Positions 25,863 to 35,700 of a stretch of DNA of 64,000 nt are shown piece after piece. This DNA is from Myxococcales bacterium (lineage in GTDB: Bacteria > Myxococcota_A > UBA9042 > JABWCM01 > BTVJ01): NCBI GenBank assembly GCA_045863395.1, contig BTVJ01000032.1:18159-82158 (forward strand), given 5' to 3'. The position numbers and the translations under genes were made by a program. The notes below the pieces were generated by a model that saw only the letters and a program-made list of their open reading frames with translations, made no database searches and was not told where the DNA came from. The number at the start of each line of letters is the position of its first letter. Position 1 is the stretch's first letter.

Positions 25863-27589
25863 CCCTGCCGCTCGCAGCCAGGGCGCTGCTCGACCTGGGA
25901 GTCCCGCGGTCCGCGGCGGCGCTGCTCGCCTCGACCAGTGACCGGGGGCACGAGATCGGCGCGCTCCGCTCTCAGGCTTACAAGCGGCGGATGAGGCGGC
26001 TTGCCGCGGGCTTCTATGGGGTCGTCGTGCATGCAGACGTGGGACTGGTCCTTCCGCTGCACGTCGAGCGAGGAGTGGCGCGGGGCGCCCGGGACGACGC
26101 AAGCCTCGCCGCCTCCCAGCGGCTGGCCAACCAGCACGCGCGAGCGCTCTTCTCGGATTCGTCACGGCTCCCATCACTCATCGTTCGCCTGCCCGAGGAC
26201 CTCGGTATCCAGGGAAGCTCCCTCGGCCTCGCGTCCTTCCTCGCGTTCGTCGCGCGCCTGGCTGGCATCGAGCCACGGCAGCCCATCGCGGCGCTCGGCG
26301 ACCTGTGCTCGGGGGACACAGTCGGCTCCGTGGGCAGAGACGGGCCCAAGCTCGCGGCCATATCGCGCGACCTCACCGGCCAGGATGGCCTCGTGCTCGT
26401 GACTCCGGAGGACTCCTCTGCGATCCCCCGTGACATCCGGACCATCCAGATTGAGACCCTCGGCGACGCCTTGCGCGCGGTCTTCGGCCGGACGAAGTTC
26501 AGGGCGGCGTTCGAGGTCGTGTCGCTGGAGGACATGCTTCGGACCTGTCGCAGAGAGACCGACTCGGAGCGGGTAGTGAAGCATCTGGGCGGGATCCGCA
26601 CCGACACCCTCCCGGTCGCCGATCAAGCCGAGGTCTTGATGCTCCTCGGGACTCACATGCGACACTTGGGCCGGACGGACGAAGCCCGAAGCTGCCACGA
26701 GGAGGCCGCGACGCTCCTCGAGGAGGCGGAGCCCGCACTGGGCGCCGCTCACATCGAGGACCTGCGCATGGAGTGCCTGGCCACCGAGGTCGACCGCTTC
26801 GAGCTGGAGGATCTCGAGTCCCGGCTGCGGGCGCGCCTCGCCGAGCCCTTCGCGACGCTCCACAACCGGGTCCGGTGCGCGGGAATGCTCTCCCAGGTCG
26901 TCTCCATGCGCGGGCGCCCCGATGAGGCGCTGCGGATCCGAGAGCCAAACCTGGAGATTCAGACTCGGCACGCCGGCATGCGGGACGAGATCCCGTGGAC
27001 GTTGTGTGCCCTGGTGCTGGAGGCCGCGAGGGCCAGGAAGACCGAGGCGTTCCGCCGCTTCGGGGTGCGGCTCCTCGAGGAGACGAGCGCGGGCGACGCG
27101 CACCAGGAAGGCTTCAACACGGCGGCACTCTCCCGCGGCCTGGCGTTGCTGGACCCTGCCGCGCTGGTCGCATGGGCGGACGGCGGCGACCTCTGGTCCC
27201 ACGCGGCACCCCTGCACCTCCAGGCTCTGGCCAGCGGGCACCCCGTCGATGGCAACCCGGGCCTCTCGACTGCGAGGGCGCTGGTCCGGGCGCTTCGGGT
27301 CAACGGGCAGCCGCACCGCGCGGTCGCTGTCGCCCGCTCCGTCGCCCTGCCCGCGCACCCGCTGGCGCGATGGGTGGGGGCGCTCGCGCTGATCGAGGGG
27401 GCGCTCGCAGCCGCAGAGTCAGGCACAGACCCACTTCCCCTGTGGACGGCGGGGCGCCGGACGCTGGAGTCAGCCCACCCCGCCGCCGCGCGATTCCACG
27501 CGGAGCTGGGGATGCTGGACGCGGCGCCGCCGGCGCGGGAGGCGGACGTCGCAGCGCTGGAGTCACACATCGACCACGTGTGGTACTGA
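25859..27589 (+). CDS. Lon-like S16 peptidase domain (Ser-Lys dyad) protein with C-terminal TPR-like helical region (576 aa)
   Basis: ATG at 25859 (ATGA overlap). LIVRLPEDLGIQGSSLGLASFLAFVARL, with the Ser in a GxSxG-like context, and ~44 aa later IAALGDLCSGDTVGSVGRDGPKLAAISRDLTGQDGLVLVTPED, match the Lon proteolytic-domain pattern (vAmTGEi..G.V.pIGG..eKllaA..aG...vilP). The remainder is helical repeats. Confidence 0.55.
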   Translation: MTLPLAARALLDLGVPRSAAALLASTSDRGHEIGALRSQAYKRRMRRLAAGFYGVVVHADVGLVLPLHVERGVARGARDDASLAASQRLANQHARALFSDSSRLPSLIVRLPEDLGIQGSSLGLASFLAFVARLAGIEPRQPIAALGDLCSGDTVGSVGRDGPKLAAISRDLTGQDGLVLVTPEDSSAIPRDIRTIQIETLGDALRAVFGRTKFRAAFEVVSLEDMLRTCRRETDSERVVKHLGGIRTDTLPVADQAEVLMLLGTHMRHLGRTDEARSCHEEAATLLEEAEPALGAAHIEDLRMECLATEVDRFELEDLESRLRARLAEPFATLHNRVRCAGMLSQVVSMRGRPDEALRIREPNLEIQTRHAGMRDEIPWTLCALVLEAARARKTEAFRRFGVRLLEETSAGDAHQEGFNTAALSRGLALLDPAALVAWADGGDLWSHAAPLHLQALASGHPVDGNPGLSTARALVRALRVNGQPHRAVAVARSVALPAHPLARWVGALALIEGALAAAESGTDPLPLWTAGRRTLESAHPAAARFHAELGMLDAAPPAREADVAALESHIDHVWY

Positions 27590-27605
27590 GGGGGAGAGGC
27601 TCACC

Positions 27606-28376
27606 ATGTCCACCGGAAGGACCATCATCATCGGAGACGTCCACGGCTGCATCGACGAGCTGGAGGCGCTGCTCCGCCACGTGTGCCTGGAGCCCCGAGA
27701 CCGCCTCGTGTTCGCCGGCGATCTCGTGGATCGTGGGCCAGCCTCGGTGGGAGTCGTCCGGAGGACCAGGGAGCTCCTGGCGCGGCACCCGGGGAGCGTC
27801 TGTGTGGCGGGAAACCACGAGACGAAGGCGCTGCGATGGCGGGATCGAGGCGCGCCGAGGGAGTGGGAGCAGCCCATGCGCGAAGACGACTGGACGTTCC
27901 TCGACTCCCTCCCGCTGGTCATGCGCCTGCCCGAGCACGGCGCCACCGTCGTGCATGGCGGAGTCTTCCCGGCGTTCTTTGAGCGGTACGGGCGCATCGG
28001 CGAGGTCCCTCCTGACTGGCGCACGAGCCGCGACAAGCGCTGCGACCGTCTCCGCCGCTTCGTCCTGGTCCGGCACGTGGACTTGCGGGGAGAGATGACG
28101 GCGCTGGGATCGGAAGGGCCCGACACGGTCCACTGGACGGCACGCTACGACGGCCGGGAGGGCCACGTCTTCTTCGGCCACGACCCGCAGCTCGGCGGAG
28201 AGCCACTACAGACGCCGAGCGCGACGGGGCTCGACACCGCCTGCTGCTTCGGGGGCCGCCTGACCGCAGCGGTGCTGCACCCGGGGCAAACCGCGGCGGA
28301 GGCCGAGTTCGCGAGCGTCCCCGGCACCCGCTACGCCGAGCCGCGGTGCATGCTCGACGAGACCGGCGCGCTCTGA
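27606..28376 (+). CDS. Calcineurin-like metallophosphoesterase (PPP-family Ser/Thr phosphatase / ApaH-like), 256 aa
   Basis: GGAGAGG RBS. Motifs IIIGDVHGC, FAGDLVDRGP and VAGNHE. Confidence 0.8.
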   Translation: MSTGRTIIIGDVHGCIDELEALLRHVCLEPRDRLVFAGDLVDRGPASVGVVRRTRELLARHPGSVCVAGNHETKALRWRDRGAPREWEQPMREDDWTFLDSLPLVMRLPEHGATVVHGGVFPAFFERYGRIGEVPPDWRTSRDKRCDRLRRFVLVRHVDLRGEMTALGSEGPDTVHWTARYDGREGHVFFGHDPQLGGEPLQTPSATGLDTACCFGGRLTAAVLHPGQTAAEAEFASVPGTRYAEPRCMLDETGAL

Positions 28377-28441
28377 TCACGAGGGGGGCCCAAGGTGGGG
28401 CCCTCGTCAAGCGCGGGGACACCCCCCGCACGGAGGAAACC

Positions 28442-28630
28442 ATGGGAAGCCTGACCGCCTGTCCGCGCTGCGGACGCACACTGACCAAGTCACTTCTGGG
28501 AGGGGCCTTCTTCCCGGTCTCCAAGTGCCTCAAGTGCGGCACGAAGTACTGCAAGGACTGCGGCGGCACGAAGTGCCCGAAGTGTGGGGCCTCCGACCGC
28601 ATGGAGACCGACAAGGTCTACGCGCGCTGA
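28442..28630 (+). CDS. Small zinc-ribbon protein (62 aa)
   Basis: ATG at 28442 with GGAGGAAACC upstream. CPRCG...CLKCG...CKDCGGTKCPKCG gives four CxxC pairs. Its 3' end overlaps, convergently, the end of 28618..30438 by 13 bp. Confidence 0.5.
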   Translation: MGSLTACPRCGRTLTKSLLGGAFFPVSKCLKCGTKYCKDCGGTKCPKCGASDRMETDKVYAR

Positions 28631-30438
28631 CCCGTCAGGGTCTCGGCGGTGACGGGCAGCTCGATGCGCGTCCGGCAGCCCTCGGTGCAGTCGAGCGTGA
28701 GCGTGGAGGAATCGGGGTCCCAGCCGCGGTATAGGAAGAGCCGCTCGGTGCCACAACCGCGGCAGTGAGCGGACAGCGCGAAGGGACCCGCCGAGAGCGG
28801 TGACGCGCCGCCGCGCAGATACACGTAGGTCAGCTCTTCGTCGCCGAGCCAGAGCCCCGTCTCCAGAGACTCGGCGCTGAAGACGACCCCACGCTCCTCA
28901 CGCCGCGCCAGATCCGTGAAGCGATAGACGTGGAGGGTCGTGGCCGCGTCGTGCCCGAGCTGGTCGATGACCGCCAGGTCCACCGCGCGGAGCGCCGGCA
29001 GGGCCTCGACGAGGCCCACCCAAGCGGCCCGCAACTGCTCGACCTGCCGCGGATCCGTGATGGGGCGTCCGTGGGCCTCGTCGTTGCGGGCATCGCGCAG
29101 GGAGCGGAGCGCATCCGAGGAGAGCACCGGACCCAGCTCCGCCGCGAGCCGGACCGGGAGGGCGGGGGAGGCATCCCGTACGGCTCGGCCCAACGCCCGC
29201 TGGAAGGACGTTCGGATCCGCGCGACGTCCATGAGTCCTCGGCGACCGCGGCTCAGGTGCTCCATCACGCCGTCTCCACCTCCTGGAAGCCGCCGGAGCC
29301 CGAGGATCAGGACCAGCTCGATGAAGGCCAGGAGCTGCTCCAAGTGAGTCACGACGGCCCGGACGACCGCCCCGGAGCGAGCGCGTGGTGAGGCCGCGAT
29401 CACCGCCTGGCGACGAAGAGGCCAGGGAAGCGCGGCCGCGCACCAGGCTCTGCGAGCTGCCTCCCAGGACGTGGCAGCAACGGTCTCCAGCTCCTCCCGA
29501 AGGCGCGCAGGAGCGCCTGCAACGACCCCATGCAGCGCGGCCAGACCCCACGCCAGCTCGATGAAGTGCCAGGCCCGCACCTCTGGGAAGTCGGGGCACG
29601 GCCGCCGCGTCTCCCGCACCTGGAGGATGTGACGCGCCAGGTCCAACAGGACGACCCGGGTCTCCTCCGTGACGGCGCCGCCATCGATCGAGAGATCCAG
29701 CAGGGTCGCGAGGCACGCCAGCCGGGGCGCGTAGACGAAGGAGAGCTTGTATCCCTCGGCCGTGAAGAAGGAGTCCTCCTCGGCGAAGCGAGGAGACACC
29801 AGCTCCGCCATGAGCCACCGGCGCGCCCGAGCCTGGGACTCGGGTGGGATCGCGCCTCGCAGCGACGTGAGGGCGAGGGACGTGCCGAGGCGACTCGGAG
29901 GACCGCCCGGGCGAAAGGGCCAGGCACCGGTGTCGAGCTGCAGAGAAAGTAGCCGCGCATGGTCTGGAGTCACGTCACACGTGTTGGAGAGCGCGAGGAT
30001 GGAGTAGGCCGTGCTGTAGGTGCGGACGTCTGGACTATCGTCACTGACGCCCCAGCCTCCATCGGGGAGCCGCGCACCTTGGAGCCACGAGCGCGCTCGC
30101 TCGATCACAGACGATCCGCGGCCGCGGGCCCCCGCGCCGAGCAAGAAGGCCGCGGTGGCGTCCACGATGGAGACCGGTCTCCCACACGCGGGCTCGGCAT
30201 AGGGGAGACCGGCCTGGCTTCGCTCCAGAGCGGCCTCCAGGAACCGTTCAGATGTCTCCAGCGCGAAGTTCAGAGTGTCCGAGAGCCGGGGAAGCGCCGC
30301 GAGGGCCCCATAGATCTCTGCCGTGGTCCAGCAGCCGCTCCGGTCCCCTGCGTAGGTCTCGGGAAAACCCCCGTCCGGGTTCTGCCACGATGCCACGTCG
30401 TCGAGGGCGGTCAGCCCCACGCGCAGCAGCTCGTTCAC
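28618..30438 (-). CDS. Terpene cyclase / prenyltransferase-like (alpha-alpha toroid repeat) protein (606 aa)
   Basis: Repeats with QNPDGGFPETYAGD and LPDGGWGVSDD (squalene-cyclase/prenyltransferase-type QW-like motifs). GTG start at 30438 without a clear RBS, so the start is uncertain. Last gene of the minus-strand block. Confidence 0.55.
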   Translation of the reverse strand: MNELLRVGLTALDDVASWQNPDGGFPETYAGDRSGCWTTAEIYGALAALPRLSDTLNFALETSERFLEAALERSQAGLPYAEPACGRPVSIVDATAAFLLGAGARGRGSSVIERARSWLQGARLPDGGWGVSDDSPDVRTYSTAYSILALSNTCDVTPDHARLLSLQLDTGAWPFRPGGPPSRLGTSLALTSLRGAIPPESQARARRWLMAELVSPRFAEEDSFFTAEGYKLSFVYAPRLACLATLLDLSIDGGAVTEETRVVLLDLARHILQVRETRRPCPDFPEVRAWHFIELAWGLAALHGVVAGAPARLREELETVAATSWEAARRAWCAAALPWPLRRQAVIAASPRARSGAVVRAVVTHLEQLLAFIELVLILGLRRLPGGGDGVMEHLSRGRRGLMDVARIRTSFQRALGRAVRDASPALPVRLAAELGPVLSSDALRSLRDARNDEAHGRPITDPRQVEQLRAAWVGLVEALPALRAVDLAVIDQLGHDAATTLHVYRFTDLARREERGVVFSAESLETGLWLGDEELTYVYLRGGASPLSAGPFALSAHCRGCGTERLFLYRGWDPDSSTLTLDCTEGCRTRIELPVTAETLTGQRA

Positions 30439-30510
30439 ATGGTCACCGATTGGCCGAAGGGCCGGAGATGCCCCAGGACTGAACCTCGAGAGTCGCTCGT
30501 CGATGGATGC

Positions 30511-30867
30511 TCAATGGACCACCCGGTCGGTCTGGCAGATCACGTAGGCCTCAAGCGGGGAGCTACACTCCTTGCCGCGCACGAACCGGCCCTTGACGGT
30601 CACGCGCGTGCCGGTGGGAGGGGGCGATGCCCCTTGGACCCACACGCTCCCCTCGTCCTTGACCACCTTGTACCAGTCGAGATCCACCACGGGCGTGTCC
30701 AGGCGCAGGCTGACGACGCCGCTGACACACACCTCCTTGCCGAGGAAGGCCGCCGGATTCCCAGCCAGCTTCGCTGGGTCCTCGCAGGCAGCCTCGTAGA
30801 GGTCGCTGCAGCGGCAGCCCGCCACCCAGATCAGAACCACGCCCAGCGCCAACACCATCCACTTCAT
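30511..30867 (-). CDS. Small lipoprotein (118 aa)
   Basis: ATG at 30867 (plus CAT 30865-30867) with AAGGAGG 7 nt upstream. MKWMVLALGVVLIWVAGC is a signal peptide plus lipobox. Internal to the ORF-track ORF 30511..31449. Confidence 0.65.
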   Translation of the reverse strand: MKWMVLALGVVLIWVAGCRCSDLYEAACEDPAKLAGNPAAFLGKEVCVSGVVSLRLDTPVVDLDWYKVVKDEGSVWVQGASPPPTGTRVTVKGRFVRGKECSSPLEAYVICQTDRVVH

Positions 30868-30982
30868 GGGCTCGCCTCCTTGGTCATGAGAGCCCCACGC
30901 CGAGGCGATCTGACAGACAGACGCCTGCCACCGGCGAACCCATCGTTCCAGGAACGTGGGACGCGACAGGCACCATGGGCCC

Positions 30983-31963
30983 TCACGAAGACACCGGCGA
31001 TGATCGGACCATGCGGAAGCCCGACGTGTCGTCGTGCCAGTCCGGCGTCGAGTAGTGGCGGAGCGATGCACGGAGCGAAGCCGCGGTCGAGACCCAGGAT
31101 CCGCCCCGCGACACGCGGCCCGTGCCCTGGGCCGGGCCCGTGGGGTCGTCCACGGCTCCCGCGGGATACTCACCATAGCGATCCCAGCACCACTCCCAGA
31201 CGTTGCCCAGTACGTCGTGGAGACCCCACGCGTTGGCCGCTCGCTCCGCAACGCGCTGAGGTGCGCGGACTGCGTCCGCACGGCTCCAGGCAATCGCCGG
31301 AACTGCCCCATAGGTAGGGCCGGTCGAGCCAGCCCGGCAGGCGTACTCCCACTCCGCCTCGGTGGGGAGCCGGTAGCCCCCCGTGTGGTGGGCGGCGAGG
31401 ACCCTGTCACACCGGAAACCGGCTCCCGCCGCGCGACCGTTGCTCCCAAAGTAGGCGTAGCACGGCGTCAGGCCCTCCTTCAACGACAGGGCGTTGCAGT
31501 ACCACACGGCGTCATACCAGCTCACGTTGACCACCGGAGCCAGGGGATCTCCACCCCTTGCCCCGCCCGGGAGGCTCTGTAGCAGCCCCGCCCACTCTCC
31601 GTTGGTGACGGGGCACACCTGAATCAGGAACGGGCGCGTGAGGGTGACGACGTGCTGGCGCTCGTCCCCGAAGCGACCGGGCTCGTCCCTGGGCGCCCCC
31701 ATCGGGAACTGGCCAGGCTCGACCCGCACCCAGCCAGGCGGAACGGAAGGAGGCTGCGGGCCAGGGCCGCCCGGATCGACCGGGTACCCGTCCAGCACCG
31801 CCTCCACATCGTCAGGGTGGACGCCCACGGCCACACCGCGCTCCGCGAGGACCGCGCGCGCCCGAGGCGTGATGGCACCGTAGGCGCATACTGCGAGGTC
31901 AACCGCGTCGCGAAACCTGGCGAGAGCCTCTGGGTCCGAGAGAACGAACGTGAGGTCGGACAC
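30983..31963 (-). CDS. Formylglycine-generating-enzyme (FGE)/sulfatase-modifying-factor domain protein (326 aa)
   Basis: GTG at 31963 with AAGGAGG 5 nt upstream. RLPTEAEWEYACRAG...GNVWEWCWD...RGGSW are FGE-sulfatase hallmark motifs. Confidence 0.78.
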   Translation of the reverse strand: MSDLTFVLSDPEALARFRDAVDLAVCAYGAITPRARAVLAERGVAVGVHPDDVEAVLDGYPVDPGGPGPQPPSVPPGWVRVEPGQFPMGAPRDEPGRFGDERQHVVTLTRPFLIQVCPVTNGEWAGLLQSLPGGARGGDPLAPVVNVSWYDAVWYCNALSLKEGLTPCYAYFGSNGRAAGAGFRCDRVLAAHHTGGYRLPTEAEWEYACRAGSTGPTYGAVPAIAWSRADAVRAPQRVAERAANAWGLHDVLGNVWEWCWDRYGEYPAGAVDDPTGPAQGTGRVSRGGSWVSTAASLRASLRHYSTPDWHDDTSGFRMVRSSPVSS

Positions 31964-32056
31964 ACGCACCTCCTTGCGGGCGGCGAGTCTACTCGACTTG
32001 TGGGGAGCTGGGAACCCGCCGTGCACATGGGACCGCAGCACCGGGAATGAGCGGCG

Positions 32057-32698
32057 TCAGGACGCGGTCGCCCACCACAGGGCGAGCGCCGCCAGGGTGA
32101 AGCCGCAGAAGACATCGCCCCGGCGCACGGCCCCGCGGACCTCCTCCTCGGTCAACGCGAGGCGCCGGACGATGCGCTCGTCGGGCTCTTCGTGGTCCCG
32201 CGCCCGCTCCGAGCCCAGGCGCACCAGCACGACTCGGATGGGGTGCATGCAGAACGTCGTGTTGGGGTTGCACCAGCCGATGGGAGTGGCCAGGTGTGGC
32301 TCCATGCCCGTCTCCTCCCGTGCCTCCCGAAGCGCCGCGTCCTCGCAGGACTCCCCGGGCTCCGGGAACCCTCGCGGGAGCTCCAGGCTCATCGCGCCCA
32401 GGTTCGACAGGTCCCCGGGAGGATACTGAGGAGTGCCTCCCGGGGTCAGGGCGGCGGGGCGCCACTGCTCGACGAGGACGAGGCGCCCATCCGGGAGCAC
32501 GGGCACGACGACCGCCCCGCTCGGCGGGTCCGCCCAGAGCGGGAGGTCGTAGCGAGGCTCCCCAGCCTCGTCGCAGGCAACGGCGTGGACGATGGTGCCG
32601 TAGGTCGGGTTCGCGAGCACGGCGTCTGGCGGGCTCGGGCGCCACCCAGGGTGAAATGGCGTGCGCTCCACCAGGGTCGACAGGGGACGGACCTTCAC
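32057..32698 (-). CDS. NUDIX hydrolase (213 aa)
   Basis: GTG start with GGGAGG 4 nt upstream. Nudix box GFPEPGESCEDAALREAREETG (Gx5Ex7REUxEExGU). Confidence 0.8.
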   Translation of the reverse strand: MKVRPLSTLVERTPFHPGWRPSPPDAVLANPTYGTIVHAVACDEAGEPRYDLPLWADPPSGAVVVPVLPDGRLVLVEQWRPAALTPGGTPQYPPGDLSNLGAMSLELPRGFPEPGESCEDAALREAREETGMEPHLATPIGWCNPNTTFCMHPIRVVLVRLGSERARDHEEPDERIVRRLALTEEEVRGAVRRGDVFCGFTLAALALWWATAS

Positions 32699-32725
32699 GG
32701 GACCTCCCGGCGCCCCGCGGGCGCC

Positions 32726-35700
32726 TCACAGGTACAGGACCAGCGGGCAGGCCTCGATCCGCTCCTGCGCCGACTCCTTCGACTTGCAGCGGGCGAGGTG
32801 CGCCTCGTAGACGGCCCGCGGCAGGTCGATGGGGCGGCCGATGGACGCGCGGACCCTCCGCAGGAGGCTTCCTGCCACATTCACCATCTCGGCGTCCAGC
32901 ACGGACCAGAGGGTCACGACCAGCGCGCCGCTCCCGGCCGCGATGAAGGCGCGTAGGAAACCGGACACTTCGCCACCGGGCGCGTCGGCTCCCTGGCCCG
33001 TGACGCACGCACCGAGGACCGTGAGCTTGTTGCGGGCGAGGCGCAGAGACGCGGCGATGTCGAACTGCGTGAGCACGTCTCCCTCCAACGCCAGGGCTGG
33101 GCCCAGGGCGTCGAGGCGGCGGTCCCAGAGGCCGTGGCCGGTGTAGACGAAGACCTCGGGGCGGGGAGCGGTGAGCCGTCCCAGGGTCGCTCGGCTGGCG
33201 GGACCGACGGGCCTGACTCGTGGCGCCCACTCCGGGAGGGTCCCCGCCCAGTGGAGGTCCTCCCGAGGCCAGTCGAGGCCCTTCAGCTCGCGCCCCGTGG
33301 TGTTCTCGTCGAGGAGCGCCAGCACGCACAGGTCGTCGCCCGGCTCGATGGTCTGCACACGGAGCAGGTGGCGGGACCGGCTCACGAAGGCGGCCGCGCT
33401 CACGGAGAAGCAACAGGGGAGGGATGCCGCCAGGGGCCACCTCGTCTTCGGCTCGAAGGCGACATGGAGCGGATAGCGGAACAGCTCGCCACAGGGGATG
33501 ATCACGAGCAGCTCCGGCGGAGCGGCACCTCCGCACACGTGCTTCCAGAGCGGCGCCAGCAGGTGATCGCTCATGGCCTGCGCGAGCTCGACCGTCGGAC
33601 CCGTGTCAGGGTCCGCCTGGAGGCGGCCCTGGTAGGCATCCCATGCGAATCTGACTGGTGCGAGCTGCAGGTCGTCCACAAACTCCATGCGGGCACCGCG
33701 GAACACGAAGGCACCCAGCGCAACTCGCTCTCCCTCGACATGCTCGAAGTAGCGGATCACTGCGACATCCGGGTGGTTCGTCGTGAAGCCGCGCACCGTC
33801 CGGCCCAGGTCTTCGTCATGGCCGCTGGTCGGGATGGGGTGGTTCAGCATCCACTGCTCATAGAAGGTACGGCGTTGCCCGATGGCTGCGTCGACGCCCG
33901 AGCCCGACACCCCGTCGGTCCGGCGCATGGTTCCCCGGCGCCGCACGCGCATTCCCTTCCTCTTCCTGGCGGGCTGCGAGACCTGGATGTCCGCGAAGAG
34001 AGGCACCTCCGGCAGCGCCGCGATGCCCTCGGCGGGCGCACGGCGAGAGGCTCCCTGCATGAGGTCAAGCAGCTCCCGGGCGCTGGCCTCCTCCACATAG
34101 GCGAGGGCGTCCTCCCGGCTCTCACCCACGGAGGGGACGCGCTCCGACCTGAGGGGGGCCCGGCGGAGGCTGGCCGCGACGGCCTCTCGATACACCGGCG
34201 CCACGTGGCTCGCGAGGGCGGCCTTGTGCTGGCCGACGGTGACGACCTTCCGCTGCGACTCGACCGTGCGCAGCCGCTCTCGCAGCCAGCGGATGCGGGC
34301 ACTGGAAACGTCATCGCCTTGTCGCTCCATCTCGGTGATCACCTTGTGGTAAGCCGCCAGCGCGAAGGTCTGGCGGTCCAGATCGAAGCCAGCCTGGGCT
34401 GAGGGCCGGGCGCGCGCCTCCTCGAGCTCATCCACGAGTCCCTCCACCAGCGCCCGCGCTTCACCGACATCGCCTTGAAGCAGCCGGATCTCCGCCAGGT
34501 TCTGTCGAGCGATGAGGCGCCCCCGGACCCAGGGGAGCACGTCGATGGACTCCCTGCACAGCCCTGCCGCCTGATCGAGGTGGCGGGACCTCTCTTCGCC
34601 GGACGACTTCTCCGCCCTCGACTTGTGCAGCCGCGTCTGATGGCCGAGCGCCTGCGCGAGCCGGTACGCATCTCCGTTGGCGCGAGCGATGACCTCTGAC
34701 CCCCGGGACCACGAGAGCGACAGCTCCTCGTCCGACGACGACAGCTCGTCGGACCCGTTGTGGTACAGGCTGCACAGGCCCCGGAGATGCTCGCGGTCCC
34801 TCGGAGACTCGGGGGGAGTGACCTCGCCGACTCGCAGCGCGGCAATTCCATGGAGATTGGCCACCCTGATCGCATCCTCGATGAGCGGTCGGTAGCGCTC
34901 CTCGGGCGGGCCAGGCGCGGTGCCGACCGTCCGCTTCTCCTGCGTGGCACCGCGCTCCAGGTTGCTCCTCAGGTCCGCCAGGCACCACCACAGGTCGTGC
35001 TCGACGGCGACCGTCACGGCACGCTCGAACGACCGCCGCCCCTCCGTATGGTCCCCGGCCCGGTAGCTGGCCTTGCCCGCGCCGTCGAACCACCGGGCCG
35101 CCGCGTAGGCGTGCCACTGGACGTCGGGATGCTTCGTATCCAGACGCTGTTCGAGGGACTCGGCCAGCGCCCGGGAGCGGTCGGCGAGCTGGAGCGCCTC
35201 GTGGTACTCGTAGGCGACGTCCGCGCTAACGATGCGGCACCACCACGCGCCCACCGCGCAGGCGAGCTGCTCCACGGGGTCCGACGGAGACCGAGGCAGG
35301 AAGGCGCCAAGCGATTCGAGGTGGCCAAGGCAGACGTGGTGGCGGTACTCCGTGTCGTAGACCGCGTCGAAGAGCTCGACCAGGCCTCGCACCCTGTCGC
35401 GCACGCCGGGGTCTCCGAGGTCGGTTCGGGCGGTACCAGCCAAAGCAACCGCTGGCGCGCTCGGGGGGAGAGGCGGCTGTCTGCGCGCATCCGCCCGCGC
35501 CGGCGGCTGCGTGAGCACGGAGGGAGACGACGAAGCCGCGTCGAGCGTGTCGACCACGGGGGCGCCGCTGGGGGGGGTCACGACGGCCCCCTGGTTCATG
35601 GCCACCGGGGGCTCGGGAAGCATCGGCTGCTCCTGTCCCGGCGACTTGCCCGGACGCGGCGTCTTCGGGCGGGCGCCGGCGACGGTCGGACCACGCGACG

